Source: Octopus bimaculoides (lineage: Eukaryota). Taken from it: 64,000 nt of DNA. This document shows positions 39,870 through 52,748 of this stretch, piece by piece. Both the position numbers and the translations under genes were made by a program. The stretch is from NCBI RefSeq assembly GCF_001194135.2, contig NC_068983.1, forward strand, positions 33,717,397 through 33,781,396. The letters run 5' to 3'. The notes beneath the pieces are model-generated. The model saw only the letters and a program-made list of their open reading frames with translations, searched no databases and was not told the DNA's origin. Position 1 is the first letter of the stretch; each line of letters starts with the position of its first letter.

Positions 39870-40234
39870 CGCAATATATTCAAGGTAGTTTGAATGTACT
39901 AATTAATATTTCTTACACAGGCTGCATATTTCATCGCGGGATTCTTAGAATAGTTATCTGATATTTTACATGCTCCTCTCTCTTTGTCCTAAGAAAAATA
40001 TACAAGTTGATTTTGGCTCGCCTCCAATTTATGTTGGCCATTCATCAAAAGAAGCCTATCCCATACTCCTCTGCCTTCCTATACCTTACTACTGTTATCA
40101 ATTTTCTTAGCAATGAACACTATGCTGAGAATAAAACTTTATTAATCTGCTTCAACACGCCAGAGCAATCACATGATATGCATATTATTCTAGCCATTAT
40201 AACTAAATTCTAGTTTGTTCTATTTGAAATCATT

Positions 40235-40460
40235 GATCTCGAATCACTGTGTATGAAGCGGTTTCCCATGTTCTAATGGAGCGAGCAACACAGCATTGTC
40301 AACCTCACTTGAGCTTTGCAGATTATCAACGGTTGTTGGGGTGTAGACAATTTTCTGGCTCTGGAAATCAGGGCTAGCTTCAGCTATGCGCTGTCACCTA
40401 TGTTAAAATGTGAAATTTCCAAGAGATATCTTCAGAGATTGTTAGATTTAAGACTGGAAA
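40235..40460 (-). mobile_element. LINE RT C-terminal remnant (CR1/L2-like)
   Basis: LNLTISEDISWKFHI...KLALISRARKL...IICKAQVR (YKAQVRxxMEY-like), read across frameshifts. Confidence 0.6.
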
Positions 40461-41384
40461 CGAGTACATGCGCAACGCATGTACCAGGCTGAGTAATGCA
40501 ATTTCATTTTCTTAATATGAATAGAACTTACACGGTTTTTGCTGTTTTTGCAATTGGATTGAACTCGACTGGAACGGTCGCTCTTGAGGATGTTTTTGAA
40601 TTCATTGCAGGTTTAGTGTGTATAATCTATCGTTTGGATGATGCGTGACTGTGAAATTTTAGAAGAGAATACAGCGTTTAGAAAGGAATAAAGGGTTATA
40701 TAAAAGTAAAAGTTTAGGGGGAAATGCTTGACTCCTAAGGCACAGCAAACATAATTGAGAATTCTTGAGAAGGAGCTCATTTAATCCGCGCGACGATGAT
40801 GCGATCTAATAAGAATACATCTATTCAACAGAGGGGAGATGCATAGAGCTTGTGGGTGGGAATTTTCGGCAAGAGTTTCCCATGATAGATTCCGTAGAAT
40901 CCTTTTTACGATGTTTAGCTTCACCAAAATATCTTCGCAGAATGTCTTTAATACGAAGGGTGAGTCCATAGCGGATCTTGCTTTCTAGAAGCTGGTGATC
41001 ATTTACACTGTTTTCTCCATTTGTTTAACAATTAGAAGTGAGTGGGACATAACGTTAACTAGCAAAGTAAGAGGGGTTGTCCTTTCCAGGCGTTAAGATT
41101 ATTTTAGTATGTATCCAAAGATCAGTGTATGTTACGATAAATATATATCTTGTACGACTTAAATAAATATATATCTTGTACGATTTAGATAATATATATA
41201 TCTTGTACGAATCTATTCTTACTTTTTATCAGCCCTTTCATGCTTATTCGTTCCATCCACTCTTCGTTCTTTCGTTCCCCCTCTCACATTTCCCTGCCTT
41301 CTCTTCTTGCTCACTTTTCCTCCTCATTTCACTTCACTGTGTCTCCGTCATTTTTTCTCGCTCCTCCTTAATTCTTCTGTCCCT

Positions 41385-41875
41385 CTGCCTCTACCTCTCT
41401 CTTCTTTTCCCACGTGACCAGTGGTCGGCCAAGGCTGATCTTTCTTCGTTCGGCCGTCGTCTGTGCAACATCTATATTCTTCCTGTGCCTGTGAAATCTC
41501 GTATCCCTGCCGTAAGGCCTTATTTCTACACACACCAGCTTAGTTTTATTCGTCCGGAGTCGAAAGACACCTGCTGTTTTGTCCTGTCATTTGTATTTGT
41601 GTAACATTCTCCGTTTACTTTCCGTACTTGTTTTCGTATACATCCGTTGCTTTCTTCCAAGGAATCTAATGCGCTCAGCTTAGTTTTTCGTTGGCGCTGG
41701 CCAGATTGGAGCAATCTCGAGTATAACTAGCCGAACTTGCAAAAATAATCTGGAACTCAACTGAGGATGACCCGTCCTTCTTTTCTTTGTATCACCTATA
41801 TGTATGTTTTGTTGTCTCTTTTTTGTATGGCCTAACTGTTTGGATGTTTTGCATTCTGGTCCCATTTTGTATTTT
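41385..41875 (-). mobile_element. Unclassified interspersed repeat
   Basis: GC-richer block between microsatellites; resembles a recalled Octopus repeat (ggagcaatctc...aactaagctgagcgcattagattccttggaagaa); no second copy here. Confidence 0.35.
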
Positions 41876-41969
41876 ATATATATATATATATATTTACGTA
41901 CACTTTGGTTTGTCTCTCTCTCTATATATATTTATATAAATATATACATGTGTATGCATATATAATATA

Positions 41970-42015
<46 letters not shown>

Positions 42016-42417
42016 GCGACTATGTGTGTATGTACCTGGGTGTAAGTTAGTGTCTGGATATGTATGAGTATACATACAAATATATTCACTATGATAGTGC
42101 TTGGCTACATTCCTATGAGAATATTGTTTAACTATACAATGTTTGACTTTGAGAATAAATATTTATCAAAGACGATGCTGCCAGCACGATAGTACAACAA
42201 TTTAGATATTGGTGCTCTAAAAGGATATTTTATATTGCTTGCTACGCTTATTTACACTACATACAGTGTTACAAGAGAACAAAGAGAAGATGTGTGGTGA
42301 GGATTTCCGAGCCGAAATTAATTCTGTATAATCACACAACGTAGAAAATAATTTGTGAGCTGTTTGTTATATAAGAATGGAGGTTCCTGTATAGATTCAA
42401 AGGATCGAGGCGATGTC

Positions 42418-42459
42418 TGTCATTAAGCAGTCAAAACTAAGACGAAACAGTGTCTGAGA
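42418..42459 (+). ncRNA. Decayed hammerhead-like motif, probably of the G3-C8 class
   Basis: TGTCA-TTAAGCA-GTC-AAAACTAA-GAC-GAA-ACAGTGT-C-TGAGA: correct spacing, stem II, GAAA, ACA/UGU stem III, GUC; two core substitutions. Confidence 0.4.
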
Positions 42460-42546
42460 ATCTGCAGACGTTGTATTGAGTTTGTGTCTTTACATATAAT
42501 GTCTACTGCCAGAATGTTTTCTCTTAGAGAAAATTCTGCGGTCAAT

Positions 42547-42805
42547 GCACTTTCTCCTCGACTTATGACCTATGCGACTTACGACCATCCACACTTAATA
42601 CCACAAAAAAAGAATAAATAAATAAAGAACGATTTTCGGACGTTGGGCAGCTGTGCTTACGACAACTATAGCAACATCTGGCAACGCGGGCTTTCCTGAG
42701 ACCCTGGCATCCACTGTCGCTCACTTAGTGGCTTTCAAGCATCAGTTGCGTTTACGACCTGTCAGTTGGAACGGAGCTCAGTCATAAGTCGAGAAGAAGG
42801 GGTGC
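42547..42805. mobile_element. MITE-like element with short TIRs (pogo/Tigger-like ends)
   Basis: CTCGACTTATGAC at 42557-42569 inverted at 42781-42793; internal (g/c)acttacgac subrepeats. Confidence 0.55.
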
Positions 42806-43218
42806 TATTTTCATCTTAGTCTGCAAGAACACATTACAAATAAGTGTATACATCATTATTTTGATATTCGTTGTTCAGTGTGCACACACGTTATTAATTC
42901 TAGCCCGGTCAATCCTTAATGCACACCAGCAATACATAAGCACATATCTGTTAGCTGTTTTCTATATAAGAACAACAATTTTGTTTTAGCTCCAAAGAAC
43001 AAAGGTAGTGACAGTAAGGAAGGAACTAACGGAATTAAGCCGCTGTATTATGATTGATGAGTCGCTGACACTTCTTGGAAGTTGGTTTATGCTTATATAC
43101 AGACGATAAGTAGAATCGTAATATTTTCAAATTGCTCCTTTATCTTGCTGCATCTTCTCACTCATTCTCTGTCGCTAAATACACAGTTGCCTACACGCAC
43201 ACACGTACACACACAGAA

Positions 43219-43298
<80 letters not shown>

Positions 43299-44199
43299 TT
43301 ATAGTGTACGGTTCCATTAAGTTAACATCGTCAATGAAAGTACTCCTTCCAGTGAGAGATAAATATCGTTTAATGTACATTGTATTAGAATAAAAACCTA
43401 CCAAAATGTCTTGCCATTAAAACTCATGGTTTGGCACATTATGAATAACCTATTAAAGCACGTGTCTTAATGGCAAGAAACTTTTAGTAGGTCTTATTCT
43501 AATACAGTTTACATTAAATGATACACACACACACACACAAATACACATACGCTATTATATATAGAGAGAGGGCAGGGCAGATAGATTGATAAATATATAG
43601 TCAGATAGATAGAAGTATATGCATGCATATATATTTGTTTGCGTGTTTGAGTGTGTGCGTGTTTGTGTGTATCTGTGTGTGTGTTTGTGTGAAGGAAATA
43701 AGTGAGAACTGAAAAGAGGAAAGCATTTTTCATAGAAGTGAGAAAGAGAGAGGAAACACGAGGAGAGCATAAAACAGTAGAAATTTATATTAAAGCAAGA
43801 CTTTGCTATAGGCTATCCTTTTCAATTACAAGAACCTGGACCAATATCATGTTATGCACTCTATTGTACATTCACTTGAGAGATTTCAATTTTGTACATT
43901 ATAACTTCTATCTTATATAATCCCTGCTTTTCTACATTATTTTGCCCATATGCTCTGTTGTTAATCAATATTGTTTTATACTTCCATATGTCTGCTGTCA
44001 CAAAATCAACATGTTCAAACCTCGAGTCAACGATGGAAAATACGTGGAATCTCAATTTGCTAGAAATATTATATCACTTTATTGAAAAATTTAGTTAAAG
44101 TAAATTTAGATGTCTTACTAAGAATAATGGAATCGTCACCATTTTGAGATTTGCTAGTGTCATTAGTAATTCGACAAAGATACCAAAAGATATTTTATC

Positions 44200-44348
44200 G
44201 GCTTTTTAAGATGTAGCTACCAATTCCATTGACGTCAACTTAACTTTTCATTTCCCTAGTGTCGACAAAGACGTACCAGCCAAGTTCTGTTGGCATCGAC
44301 TAGCCTTCGCCTCTCAAAATTGCTGGCCTTGTGCCTAAATTCAAACCA
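44200..44348 (+). mobile_element. tRNA-derived SINE (family A), degenerate
   Basis: ...gtaccag...atcgact...aaattgctggccttgtgcctaaattcaaacc is the reverse complement of the 3' end of the minus-strand copies. Confidence 0.7.
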
Positions 44349-45091
44349 GATATATTTCTGCTCCAACAGTATTGCCCAGGAAATAATGTGCAGTCACGGC
44401 AAATGAATGTAGATTTTTCTGTGGGGACGCAGTGGAAAGGCGCCGGTATAGGTTAGCGACATGCGAATTTATAAGTTCTAAACTGAAATAAATCCAGTAC
44501 ATGATTTTCGGAGTTGTTTTATACAATAATTATATTTGCACTACTTTCAACATACACTTGGCTGTAAGGAATGAATAGCTATGTTATCGTTTAAAAGAAT
44601 TTTCCATTCACAGATTCATATTATGTTACAAGATCGCAAGATGATGTTAAACTCACATACTAATCGGCACGAAGAGCACATGCATAGTAAACCTTTGTGA
44701 ATCGTGAAAGCAAAAGCATTTTGACAGAAGCGATTCTTATCTAATATCTCCTTTTCTGATCCCTAAAGCCAAATACTATTGTTGACTTCTCAGATTCCCT
44801 AGAAGATATTCTCGAAATTTTTCAATTCTCTTTCCGTTTATATCTTTTCATCTCACATGCCTTTCATCAGATTTCCTTATCAAATCTCCGTATCAATACT
44901 ATTTTAACACTTACATATGTAATTTCTTTCAATTCTCTCGGACTATCGAATGCCTTTGCTACTGGGAATCACTACAAAAAGTGCACAAATTATATTATTT
45001 CAATCTGTTTGATCTCTCTTATTTGTGACCGTCTGGAAACACATATACACTCTCTCTCACACACTCATATATGTATGTAGTATACACACAC

Positions 45092-45130
<39 letters not shown>

Positions 45131-47149
45131 NNNNNNNNNNNNNNNNNNNNNNNNNNNNNNNNNNNNNNNNNNNNNNNNNNNNNNNNNNNNNNNNNNNNNN
45201 NNNNNNNNNATACATATGGCGGGGGGGGGGCACAAATATATTCCTACCTCCTGCTCAAAAAGGCAAAGGAGCATTAAATACTATTATATTTGCATTCAAG
45301 ATTTTTCTCAGTTACTTCCTTCAGACCGTATACTTTGATTCCAGTTATTGCATCATATGAACTTCTTGTTACAATGCGAAAATAAAAAAAAGAAAGAGTA
45401 AATGTTTATCGTATATACTGATGACTTCACGTGTAAAACCGAAAGCTTCATGATTCTTTTATTTTCACATGTAAATCTGCCTTTCTTTAACCTGCTTTTT
45501 GACCTGCAACAGATTGTGACTTGTCCTGTTCACCATATATTTGAATTAATTTGCAGCATGCTGTCTGCCTATAATTTCTTACCGTGATACGAGCAAATTT
45601 TTCTCTGTTAACTTCTATGATTATTCTCTCATATATTACACACCTTGATAATATGATGAAATGATTTGTCGGCATCGGGTCTTTACGTTTTCAATACCAG
45701 CCATAAAAATGTTTACTTTTTCCCTCAATTTTGGATTGATAAAAAAATATTGTAATCCGGCTCTGAGGATTGGTAGAAATGCTGACTTTTTGATAATTTA
45801 CTTTCGGAATCCATATGCGACAGTACTAGTAGAACTTCGTAAACGCCTGTGATGTTCCATCGGAAAAAAATAGAGGCAGCTTTAAAAGAGGCAAATGTGT
45901 AGCAAAGCTTTGTGAATCGTGGGTAGCTGCTGGTCTCGCGTATATGAAAGAAAGCTTTTCCGACAACAATATGCAATACGATCGACAAGAAAGTTACATC
46001 GGTGGGAAATTTCAATTCGAAACTTCTGTCATGTGCGCACGTAATTAACTTAATACAGTAAATATAGTAAGGAAACGGAAAATGAGTTATTAAATTGATG
46101 ACAGCACAGTTACGGATGGGAACACCTCTTGCAGTAAGAAAGATAATGTTCATTAAGAACGGTTTCGATGTATGCTGACACTCGAATCTACATATACGCC
46201 TTTTTCTAGCAACTGAGTAAGCCGTCAGTGCAAACTAAGTTCCCGTCCGAACGAATTTTATATATGTGACTCTTGTCTCAATATTCAGTTGCCTCATCAG
46301 TGACTGTTCTATTGCTATTATTTTGAATAAGCGAAACAATCTTATGTACATATAAAATACATGTATATAAATGTTAGCGTGTGTTTGTGTGTGTAATATA
46401 GATATACAAATAGACGAATAAAGAGAGAGAAATAGATCTAAATGTAACTCCGTGTGAATATGTCATCTTTAAAAACGATATCATTTATTCATCGATATTT
46501 TATATTATTCATCTATATTTTATATATCACAACGGCATGATGAGTGTTGCAGTAAACAGGTTTTTAATTAAAGTTCTGTCCACGTTTAACCTAAACTTTA
46601 TGGAAGTATAAGTTTCAATGATGCGTTATTCTCACACGAGAAAACGGTTTGTTATTATTTTTTTGTTTTCTTTACAAATATACATTTGTTATCTGGTAGA
46701 CCGAATGACTTCAGCAATAGTTTATGTGCGATCCTTATTTATTTCTCTTTCTTCCCAGTTGAATTAGTTTGATATCAAACAGTTTTGTTTCTTTCTTTCC
46801 CAGTACCTCTTGTTTGCGTCATAGTGGTAATAGCTTTCTCAGATGTTCTGTTTCTAACACTTTGTTCTTGGTTTTTCTTTTTGTCTTGTTATGTAAGTTA
46901 TTATCTTGAAATTACTAAAATCGCCAAGCGGAATCATTAATGTAAGTAACGAATACGTCAGATATTGCAAACATAGAGATTCATGCAGCCATCTTAGCTA
47001 TGGTGGATATTGCTTTCTTCTATTGTAATTTCTTATGCATAACATTTGTTTTTCTTTGGGATGGGCATCAAAACCGAATGTGCATTCAGCTGTTCCGTAA
47101 ATTGATCTCATTATGGAGTTTATTATTTTCATTCTTGTTATTCTGCATC

Positions 47150-47258
47150 ATTGTCGTCATCATCATCATCATCATCATCATCACCATCATCATCGTCATT
47201 ATCGTCATCATCGTTGTCGTCGTCGTAGTCGTCGTCAACATCATCATCATCATTAGCA

Positions 47259-47289
<31 letters not shown>

Positions 47290-47345
47290 CTTCTTCTTCT
47301 TCTTCTTCTTCTTCTTCTTCTTCTTCTTCTTCTTCTTCTTCTTCT
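47150..47345. repeat. Compound (CAT)n/(CGT)n/(CTT)n microsatellite
   Basis: Seen directly. Confidence 0.95.
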
Positions 47346-47450
47346 TTTTACTATATCATTAACATGATNNNNNNNNNNCTTCTTTTTACTATATCATTAA
47401 CATGATATCATACTATGAACATATTCTTCATCAAATAACATTATTATTGA

Positions 47451-47500
<50 letters not shown>

Positions 47501-49432
47501 ATGCCGCCACTACCACCACCATCGTCATGACGACGATGATCACTACCCCATCACCACCACCACCACCACCGCTACGACCATCACCACCACTACTGCCACT
47601 GCTGCTGGTGCTGCTGCTGTTGCTTCTCTACTATTACGACTGGTCCTACTGATACTGCTGCTATTATGGTTGGTGCTATTTTATGTGCAGTTTTATAACT
47701 GTGATTTCACTGCACTACCAAGCGTAGCACTGCTTGTCTTGGGTTTTCGTGCCGAGCTACTCCCTGGTTTCTATATTTTCTACTGTATTTCAAGTCCCCT
47801 GCTTCATATGTTTACATGACTCGTCGTGTTATTGCAGGTGTACTGTTCATTTTTGTATGTTTTCCATATCGGTATGTCCTGAGGTTTTGGTTATATATTT
47901 GTCTGCATATTTTTCACCATCCACAAAATTTCTTTTCTTACGCCGACCATTTTTGTGTACAATCTCCATATAGTTCTGTTTGAATAATTTGTGAAAGTTT
48001 CTTAAATGTATCGTCTCTTCGGAATAATATATTGGTTAGAAAGCACGCCCTTTTCTGTTTGTCTTAAACTACAATATCTGACTGTTTGCCTTGGTCTCCC
48101 TGTACTAGAGAATGGCCGTTTCAACATTCCTTATTTTCGAGTACATTTAAAACACCATCTTATTTTAGGCATTACGCAATGCTGCCTTAACTTCCCCTGT
48201 TTTCACACTACCAGTCTACCATTTTGTGGATGAATTCTCTTTTGGCTAAAACTTAAGAGCCAGAAACAATTTTTGTTAGTTCTTGTTTCACTTTAGCTTT
48301 TGTTAGTTTCATGTGGGAAGGCTTTAATGTTCTGCTGCACACTCGAATCATTCAGCTCCCCAGGAAATGTTCAACATGTTTCTCTCTAATTCCAATATGT
48401 TAACGGTTTCCATTTTTCTCTATGTGGAAGTCCTACTTGCCACCGTTTTAGAATAGCATCCTTTTGTTTTAGTTAGCAGAGTTTCTAGTATTGTTTTTCT
48501 CTCGTTATAAACTCTTGTCTCTTGGACATCTGTTTTCTAAGTGCTGGCTTCCTTGAAGAAAAATTGATAGTTTTTATTTTCTGATTTGTATTATTTTATA
48601 GAAGGATTCCACTTTTATTTTTAAGATATTTTCTTACTTTTGCAATTCATATTTTCCAGTTGCAGTTATAAAAAATATGATCTTTCTTCATTATATTGTG
48701 GGTGATATCTTAATTGTTTTCATGTATAGCATTGATACTTACATTAGTGTCCAATATATGTTGTCATTTCATAGAGTATGGACGCTCTGTCATTTACTAT
48801 GACTTTTGCTTTTGATTGTTAGTTTTCATTTAAGAGTATTATAACTAAAATTTATTTCTGACACGGTTACATTATTGATGTTATTTTTCTCAAATTATTT
48901 TACATTTGCTATTGCTCTGACTATTAATTTGACGCGTCTATAATATTATTCATTCCTAAACTTTTCTGCTTTCATAAGTTTGCTTGTACTCCTCGTAATT
49001 TATTTGTATATCTCTGTTTGGCCTCTAATCTGTATGTGTTTCTAGTGTTTCATTATTATTATTCATTAATTTTTCTTTCTTTTGTAGTTTTAGGTGGTTC
49101 ATTTTTCTATCATAAAATTTTACAAGTTCCTCTGATAAATCCCTGCACAGTCTCTGGTGGTGTTTCTACTGGTTTATCACCTACAGTGTCACAGTATTAG
49201 ACGTCCATATATAAATAATAAGTGACCATTCTCTAATAATAATTGCATCTGAACTTACTCTACTTCAGCGTGTTTCCGTTGGGAGGGTCATCCACAAATT
49301 CACCCTTTTCCTTGTACCTGCGGAGTTTTGTTAACATTCACTTATAGTGCAACGAAAACATGGTATTCAACCCATGGCAAATTCATACATACTTGGTTCT
49401 TGGTGCCATTATATTTGTTTGAATAATTTCAG

Positions 49433-49475
<43 letters not shown>

Positions 49476-50137
49476 TCTTTTTACGCATTAATTCATAGGC
49501 GTATATCTTAATACGTTATATAATCTCATTTCATCTAGGTCATCCTAGATGAGATGAGATAAATTATGATTTATATCGATTATCATATTGCAGTGTGTAC
49601 ACCCTCATCACGAGTCTTGTAACCCCTAATATCAAAATCTTTATAACTCATAGACATCACCAATCAACTGCGGTTAACTATATTGGTGCAACTATACCAA
49701 CACATTCCGAGTAAATCAGTCATAAAATGCCAAGGCGATGATGTTATTAAGATTATATTGCTTCTACCAATCCAAGCTTTGGCGTACAGCAAATTATACA
49801 GGTATGAATAAAGGAAATAAACGTTGGCATGTAAAATTTGTAAAAGAAATATGCAATTAAATTGTCTAATTATTTCTGGTAATTAAGTTATTATTTAAAT
49901 GCCAGATTGAAGTTATACGTACCACTTTTTTTCAAACAAAAGTGAAGTAATCGTTTATGAAATTATACTAAAAATGCTATTTTGATTTTAAAAATGTAAT
50001 TATTAACAAGTGAATGTTGATAATAGCTACAATAAATTACATTCATTGAAAACAAGCTGTACTGAGTGTTTGAATTATCATGTTGACCTAGAATGGAGTG
50101 TTGCAAAACCAAAACAGACACTTTGTATTTCTACATG

Positions 50138-50171
<34 letters not shown>

Positions 50172-50291
50172 CTTTTCTGGTTCAGTAAAAAAGCATTATT
50201 GTTTGTTTCTAAGAGTCGTGTTTGTGTAAGTATACAACTGTCCTCAAATACCTTACGCATCCTGTATATAAAATATAAATGACTAACAAAG

Positions 50292-50964
50292 ATGTGTAAG
50301 TGTCAATTCCTTACGGCTGTTTCGAGCGACTTCTTTAATTGATCAATGAAAGCATTACATCATTACAAAAAAACCGTGATGACCGCATAGACCTCAAGCA
50401 TAAAGGACAGTTTAGATATTTAAACATATTCATATCATCAATAAAGAACAAATATTTACGATGATTCTGCTGCTAAATTGTTTGGCAGAATGAAAAATGG
50501 ACAATACAGCAACAGACAAGCCAGAAATTAGCATAGGCTAGCGTTGGCGTGGGAAGGAAATGGAACTTTACATCCAAAGTTCCATTTTATGAGATAGTAG
50601 AAAGGCCTGTCATGATACTAATTAATTTATAAGTCCTTAAAGATTTAATTTTAGATGTTATGAAGATTACATCCTCTCTAGTGTCTTCAATGTGTAGATG
50701 ACGGGGTCACTACTCCCATTCATCCACCCGACTACTTGTCTGTTACTGTACTGTCCTCTTTCATTCTGCCAAAAAATTTAGCAGCAGAATCATTGTAAAT
50801 ATTTGGTCTGTATTTATGATATAAATGTTTAAATATCTAACTTGCCCTTTATGCTTGAGGTCTACGCGGTCATCTGATGAGAACGGATTTCTTTGTAATG
50901 ATGCCTTCATTGACCAATTGAGGGAGCCGCTCGAAACGGCCGTAAAGAATTGACACTTACACAT
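50292..50964. mobile_element. About 670-bp foldback with about 230-bp inverted arms (inverted PLE pLTR-like)
   Basis: 50292-50520 vs reverse complement of 50735-50964, roughly 80-85% identical by eye; 214-bp spacer contains a perfect 12-bp hairpin (50558-50587). Confidence 0.9.
50868..50954 (+). ncRNA. Hammerhead motif with 40-nt loop II
   Basis: CTGATGA (50874-50880)-GAACGG-N40-CCGCTC-GAA-ACGGCCGT-A: stem II 5/6 bp, 8-nt palindromic stem III, GUA triplet; stem I weak (1 bp + bulge + GTCA/TGAC). Confidence 0.65.
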
Positions 50965-52197
50965 ATTTATTACACATTAATATTTAACTCACCTACCCTG
51001 GAGTCTGCATTTTGGAAATATTTGAAAAGTATATTTATATAGAGTATATGGCTGAAGAAACAAGAGAGGATATATTCGCTAAGTTTGATCGTTCCGTCTG
51101 CATGAATGTTGGGTGGGAAATTTCTGTCTAGATTTTGATACTCACCTAATATTGATTGAGTGTGCAAATAAGTTCGTCCTAAAAAGGTGCCTCAATTTAA
51201 GTACCTAATTCAACTGAATGTAAATTACATTTTAAATATATATATATGTATATGTGTATACACACACATATATATATACACACTCACATATATATACGTA
51301 TGTATATATATATATATATGTATATATATTGTATATATATTGCATTTATATATGTATATATATGTATATATAGTGTATATTCTATGTATATATATATATA
51401 TATACACATATATAGATATAGATATAGATATATATTGTTTGAATCTTGTCTGGTACATAAGACAAAATTATCTGTTTACTAAACATAATTAGGGAAATGC
51501 AATGCCAGTGTTTAAGAACATACAGCAGTTTTATGATGTATTGAAGCACTGAAATTTCTTAACAGCAGTAAGCAAATTAGCTTACCCCTGTGAAAACGAA
51601 ATACTATTTTCCTATATAGCTACGAGCCAGTTTTGTCTCAGCTTCAAACCGTCGTACTAAAGAAGACTCCGAATAGATTAATCAATCCGAATATGCTAGT
51701 GAAATTCGATAGCAGTTCTTTGTCCCTGAATTCAGTTTGAACCCCCATAGGTTTTATTCAACAAAATGATTATTTTAAAATAACTTTCTGTGCGATGTAT
51801 ATTTATTTTTAGGCTGTGTGCTAGTAACGCACACACATAGCTATATACCAGAGCATAGTTGCATCTGTGTGTGTGTATGTGTGCGCGTGGACGTATGTGT
51901 GTGAGTGCCACTGCTTTTCTCTTTAGACTTCTCTTTACTTTTTTCATCTTGGAGCTGAGAGAAGAGTAGAGCTACTACGTAAAATGTTATATAGTTTCTT
52001 GTGGAGGTTGTTGAGTAAGCTAAGTTTTTAAACTAGTGTGAAGAAATTCCTACATATCGGATACTGATGCCCAGTCGGCATAGAAAAACAGTTTTGGCTG
52101 TGGTAATGTTAGGAAAAGTGGGGGAAGGTAAACGAGCTTCTTGTTGGCTATTGAGGGAGAGTGACGGGAGAGATGGAGAGACGGAAGATGACGTGGA

Positions 52198-52216
52198 CAG
52201 AGAGGGAGAGGAGAGG

Positions 52217-52276
<60 letters not shown>

Positions 52277-52302
52277 GAGAGAAAGAGAAAGAGAGAGAGA
52301 GA
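52198..52302. repeat. (GA)n microsatellite
   Basis: Seen directly. Confidence 0.95.
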
Positions 52303-52405
52303 CAGGGGGGAACTAAGTTGTAAACAAGGAGCTGATCTGTGACATAGCCGATACTACCGACAACTGGACGCCGTGACAGTTCAAGATCGTATCACCCACC
52401 GAAAG

Positions 52406-52748
52406 CTAGGGATTGATGACGTCACAACCTTTTTGTAAAGTTACGTTTACCGCATGTGAATGAACAGAAAATATCTTCTTTCGGATACAATTATTCTCCC
52501 AGCGATATATTTTTCTGTATACAGTTATTTTTAATACATCATGAATAGTTTTTCCTGCAGTATATACATTATTCACATATATCGGCTGCCCTATTAAATC
52601 GACATTGCTGCATGGAAGACGGAGCTGATAGTTCGCATCTTCTAGCCAGTATTCGTTTCTGTCTATAGACATTTCTTTTGTATTACGTTCTACCACTAGG
52701 TTTTCTGAAAGGGGCTGTTTGCTACTCGAAGCGACCACACGACTGTAT
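52406..52748 (-). CDS. Candidate coding exon of an unknown gene
   Basis: Branch-point CTAAC (52771-52767), pyrimidine-rich tract and CAG acceptor (52751-52749), then a 113-codon stop-free non-repetitive frame (YSRVVASSSKQPLSENLVVE...); possible donor GTGAAT at 52576; no homology recognised. Confidence 0.25.

Noticed and set aside
40464-40484. 9-bp GC-rich hairpin (Helitron-like)
   Set aside because: No downstream CTRR end and no 5' TC partner identified.
41137-41210. Three about 25-bp tandem units (aatatatatcttgtacga)
   Set aside because: Ordinary minisatellite; no unique spacers, so not CRISPR-like.
46270-46310. Minus-strand CTGATGAGGCAACTGAATATT
   Set aside because: Lacks a complete GAAA and a pairable stem I.
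47339-47406. 28-bp direct repeat on both sides of a 10-N gap
   Set aside because: Same assembly artefact.
44700-48700. Hints of further decayed RT or GIY-YIG fragments (AFDS near 44950; weak motifs at 48050-48650)
   Set aside because: Too degenerate to call by eye.
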